64,000 bases of DNA from Chiloscyllium plagiosum (taxonomy: Eukaryota). Both the position numbers and the translations under genes were made by a program. The notes below the pieces were generated by a model that saw nothing but the letters and a program-made list of their open reading frames with translations, did not search any database and was not told where the DNA came from. Shown here piece by piece: positions 62,046 through 64,000 of this stretch (within the stretch, counting starts at the first letter, position 1; every line of letters starts with the position of its first letter). The stretch covers positions 11,224,441-11,288,440 of the forward strand of contig NC_057735.1 of assembly GCF_004010195.1 (NCBI RefSeq), written 5' to 3'.

Positions 62046-62944
62046 TTAAAGGTAAATTTGGTAGATGTTTTCAAAATCATCATGATGGGGTCTGGATAGA
62101 ATAGCCAGGGAGAAACTGCTCATAACTGGATTGAGAACCAGAGGGCCCATTTCTGAAGAATTTCCAAAAGAAGCGTATGTCGTGTGAGAAGACAGTTTTT
62201 CACTCAGTGAGTAGATGGAGTATGGAACATCTGCCCAGAAGAGTATTGGAGGAAGGTTCAACTGAGGCAGTCAAGAGAGCATTAGATGATAGTCGAAATA
62301 GAAACAATAGGGCAGAATCATCCCAGACATTGAATGTTCTGCGCTGTGGTGAAAAGTTTAGGAAATTTGAGTGGGATGTCCAATGAGGCCCTGCTCGACA
62401 TCAAGACCAAACATTTGCATTTCCCACATAAGTATAGGAAGGCGAGAAGAGATTACAATTAGTGAGTGGTGAGAGGTGCATTATCTCCTCATTATTACTT
62501 AATCTTGCTTCATGAAATACAGTCTCCAATTCTCCCACTTGCTGGATAGAAACTAGATGCTGAGAATTCCTCACATGACTGTTGGAGAGCTTACCTGGTT
62601 GCCACTTACTCCTTGACCTCCATCTTGGATACACAGTATCTCAGGGGATTCTCCATGGGCAGTGAGCATTGATGGATGTTGGCGTATCACACATAGCAGC
62701 CTCTTTGCATCTTCCTGGCACATCACCAATCCACTGAAGGACACTTCTACACTTCAGTGCTGGCATTTGGAGTGCACCGGTGTCTCTCATTGCAAAGCTG
62801 CTGTGAGGACACTTTGCACACAGGAGCAGGCACCCTGTGACTGGATTGGATTGGATGTTGCAGCATCTCAAGGCTGCGTGCTCACTCCCTCAGCACTCAC
62901 TCACTTTGCTCCTTCCTCAACGGCTCACAGCATCCCTGCCATTT

Positions 62945-63446
62945 TACAAAGTTAAAAATCACACAACACCAAGTTATAGTCCAATAGGTTTAATTGGAAA
63001 CACTAGCTTTCGGAGAGCTGCTCCTTCATCAGGTGGTTGTGGAGAGTAAGATCGTAAGACACAGAATTTATAGCAAAAGCTTACAGTGTGGTGTAACTGA
63101 AATTATATCTGGGCTGACATGACACCAATTGTTAAAGTTCACTTGAGAATGTAACTTTTAAAAGTTCTGCGATTCACATTTGAAAGAACTGAAACCAACA
63201 TGGTCATTCTAAAAGATGAAAGACTTAACAAACAATCCAGGTCTTTTTCAATATATAATTTTAGTTACATCACACAGTAAACTTTTGGTATAAATTCTGT
63301 GTCTTATGATCTTACACTCTACAACCACCTGAAGGAGAGCGCTCCGAAAGCTAGTGTTTCCAAATAAACCTGTTGGACTATAACCTGATGTTGTGTGGTT
63401 TTTAACTTTGTACTCCCCAGTCCAACACCAGCATCTCCATATCATG
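62945..63446. mobile_element. Family A element with long inverted arms and two oppositely oriented hammerhead motifs
   Basis: 62946-63100 is the reverse complement of about 63255-63415. Confidence 0.8.
63001..63035 (-). ncRNA. Minimal type-I hammerhead ribozyme (family A), complete
   Basis: Minus strand: CAC-CUGAUGA-A-GGAG-CAGCU-CUCC-GAAA-GCUA^-GUG; palindromic AGCU stem III. Confidence 0.7.
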
Positions 63447-64000
63447 GATTTTTTTACACTTTGGCCTATCAGCCAGACTTTTAAGGCTTATTTCTGACTT
63501 GCCTTGCAGCTTAGTACAAACCCCAAGCCAGGCAGCTTGTGCTGGTTGTCAGCAGTCATGGGTCAGGGGGAGGTGGAGGGAATGTTACTATTTGGCACTG
63601 TGCTATGTCATTGTTACCCCTGCAGCAAGTACCAGCCACACATATACAAAAATGCTACAAGTGCTGCAAGCAAACAGCCATGACTCGCAATCTAATGAAA
63701 GTACTCTTTAGTAAGGTACAGGGTGTTATCCTTCACACTTTGAACACATGGATAAAGCAAGGCTTACAGCAGTCCATCTGTAAGAAAACAATTCTTGATA
63801 GTTCAACAGTTAATAATTTCACTCTGGGTCATGAAGGCATAACTTGTTGGAGTAACATTGTATAAAAAGGGAGATATTGTGAGTGAAAACTACAGAATAT
63901 CATTTTGAATTAGTACGTAGCACTTTCACCACTGAAGCAAGAAGTTTGTGAATTCAAGTTACCATCCAGAAATCTGATCCTTGGACACCCAAACGTTTGA

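Noticed and set aside
63500-63790. Possible minus-strand exon after ttttcttacag
   Set aside because: Stops in all three frames; no support for coding.

Overview
Eukaryotic, repeat-rich vertebrate DNA, most likely a shark or other cartilaginous fish (HE1-type V-SINEs, CR1/HER1-type LINEs, Penelope-like elements). The core of the window is a + strand tandem cluster of three paralogous Ig-superfamily immune receptor genes, reconstructed by hand from splice sites and exon phases. Each has a CD300/pIgR/TREM-type V domain and an FCRL/PECAM-like C2 domain, resembling the skate MDIR family. Gene A (5386-15860, leader exon not found in the window) and gene C (40750-50657, complete, 7 coding exons, 414 aa) are inhibitory-type: neutral TM, juxtamembrane CxxC and four ITIM/ITIM-like tyrosine motifs. 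Between them lies pseudogene B (29500-36295), which carries an activating-type TM exon (Arg in the TM, 3-residue tail). The paralogues look mosaic, suggesting gene conversion. A second layer of structure is a set of short fold-back Penelope-derived insertions with 12-15 bp target-site duplications. These carry minimal type-I hammerhead ribozyme motifs of three sequence families, with compensatory stem changes between families. From about 52.3 kb to the end I see only repeats and no recognisable gene. All alignments were made by eye, so repeat boundaries are approximate.
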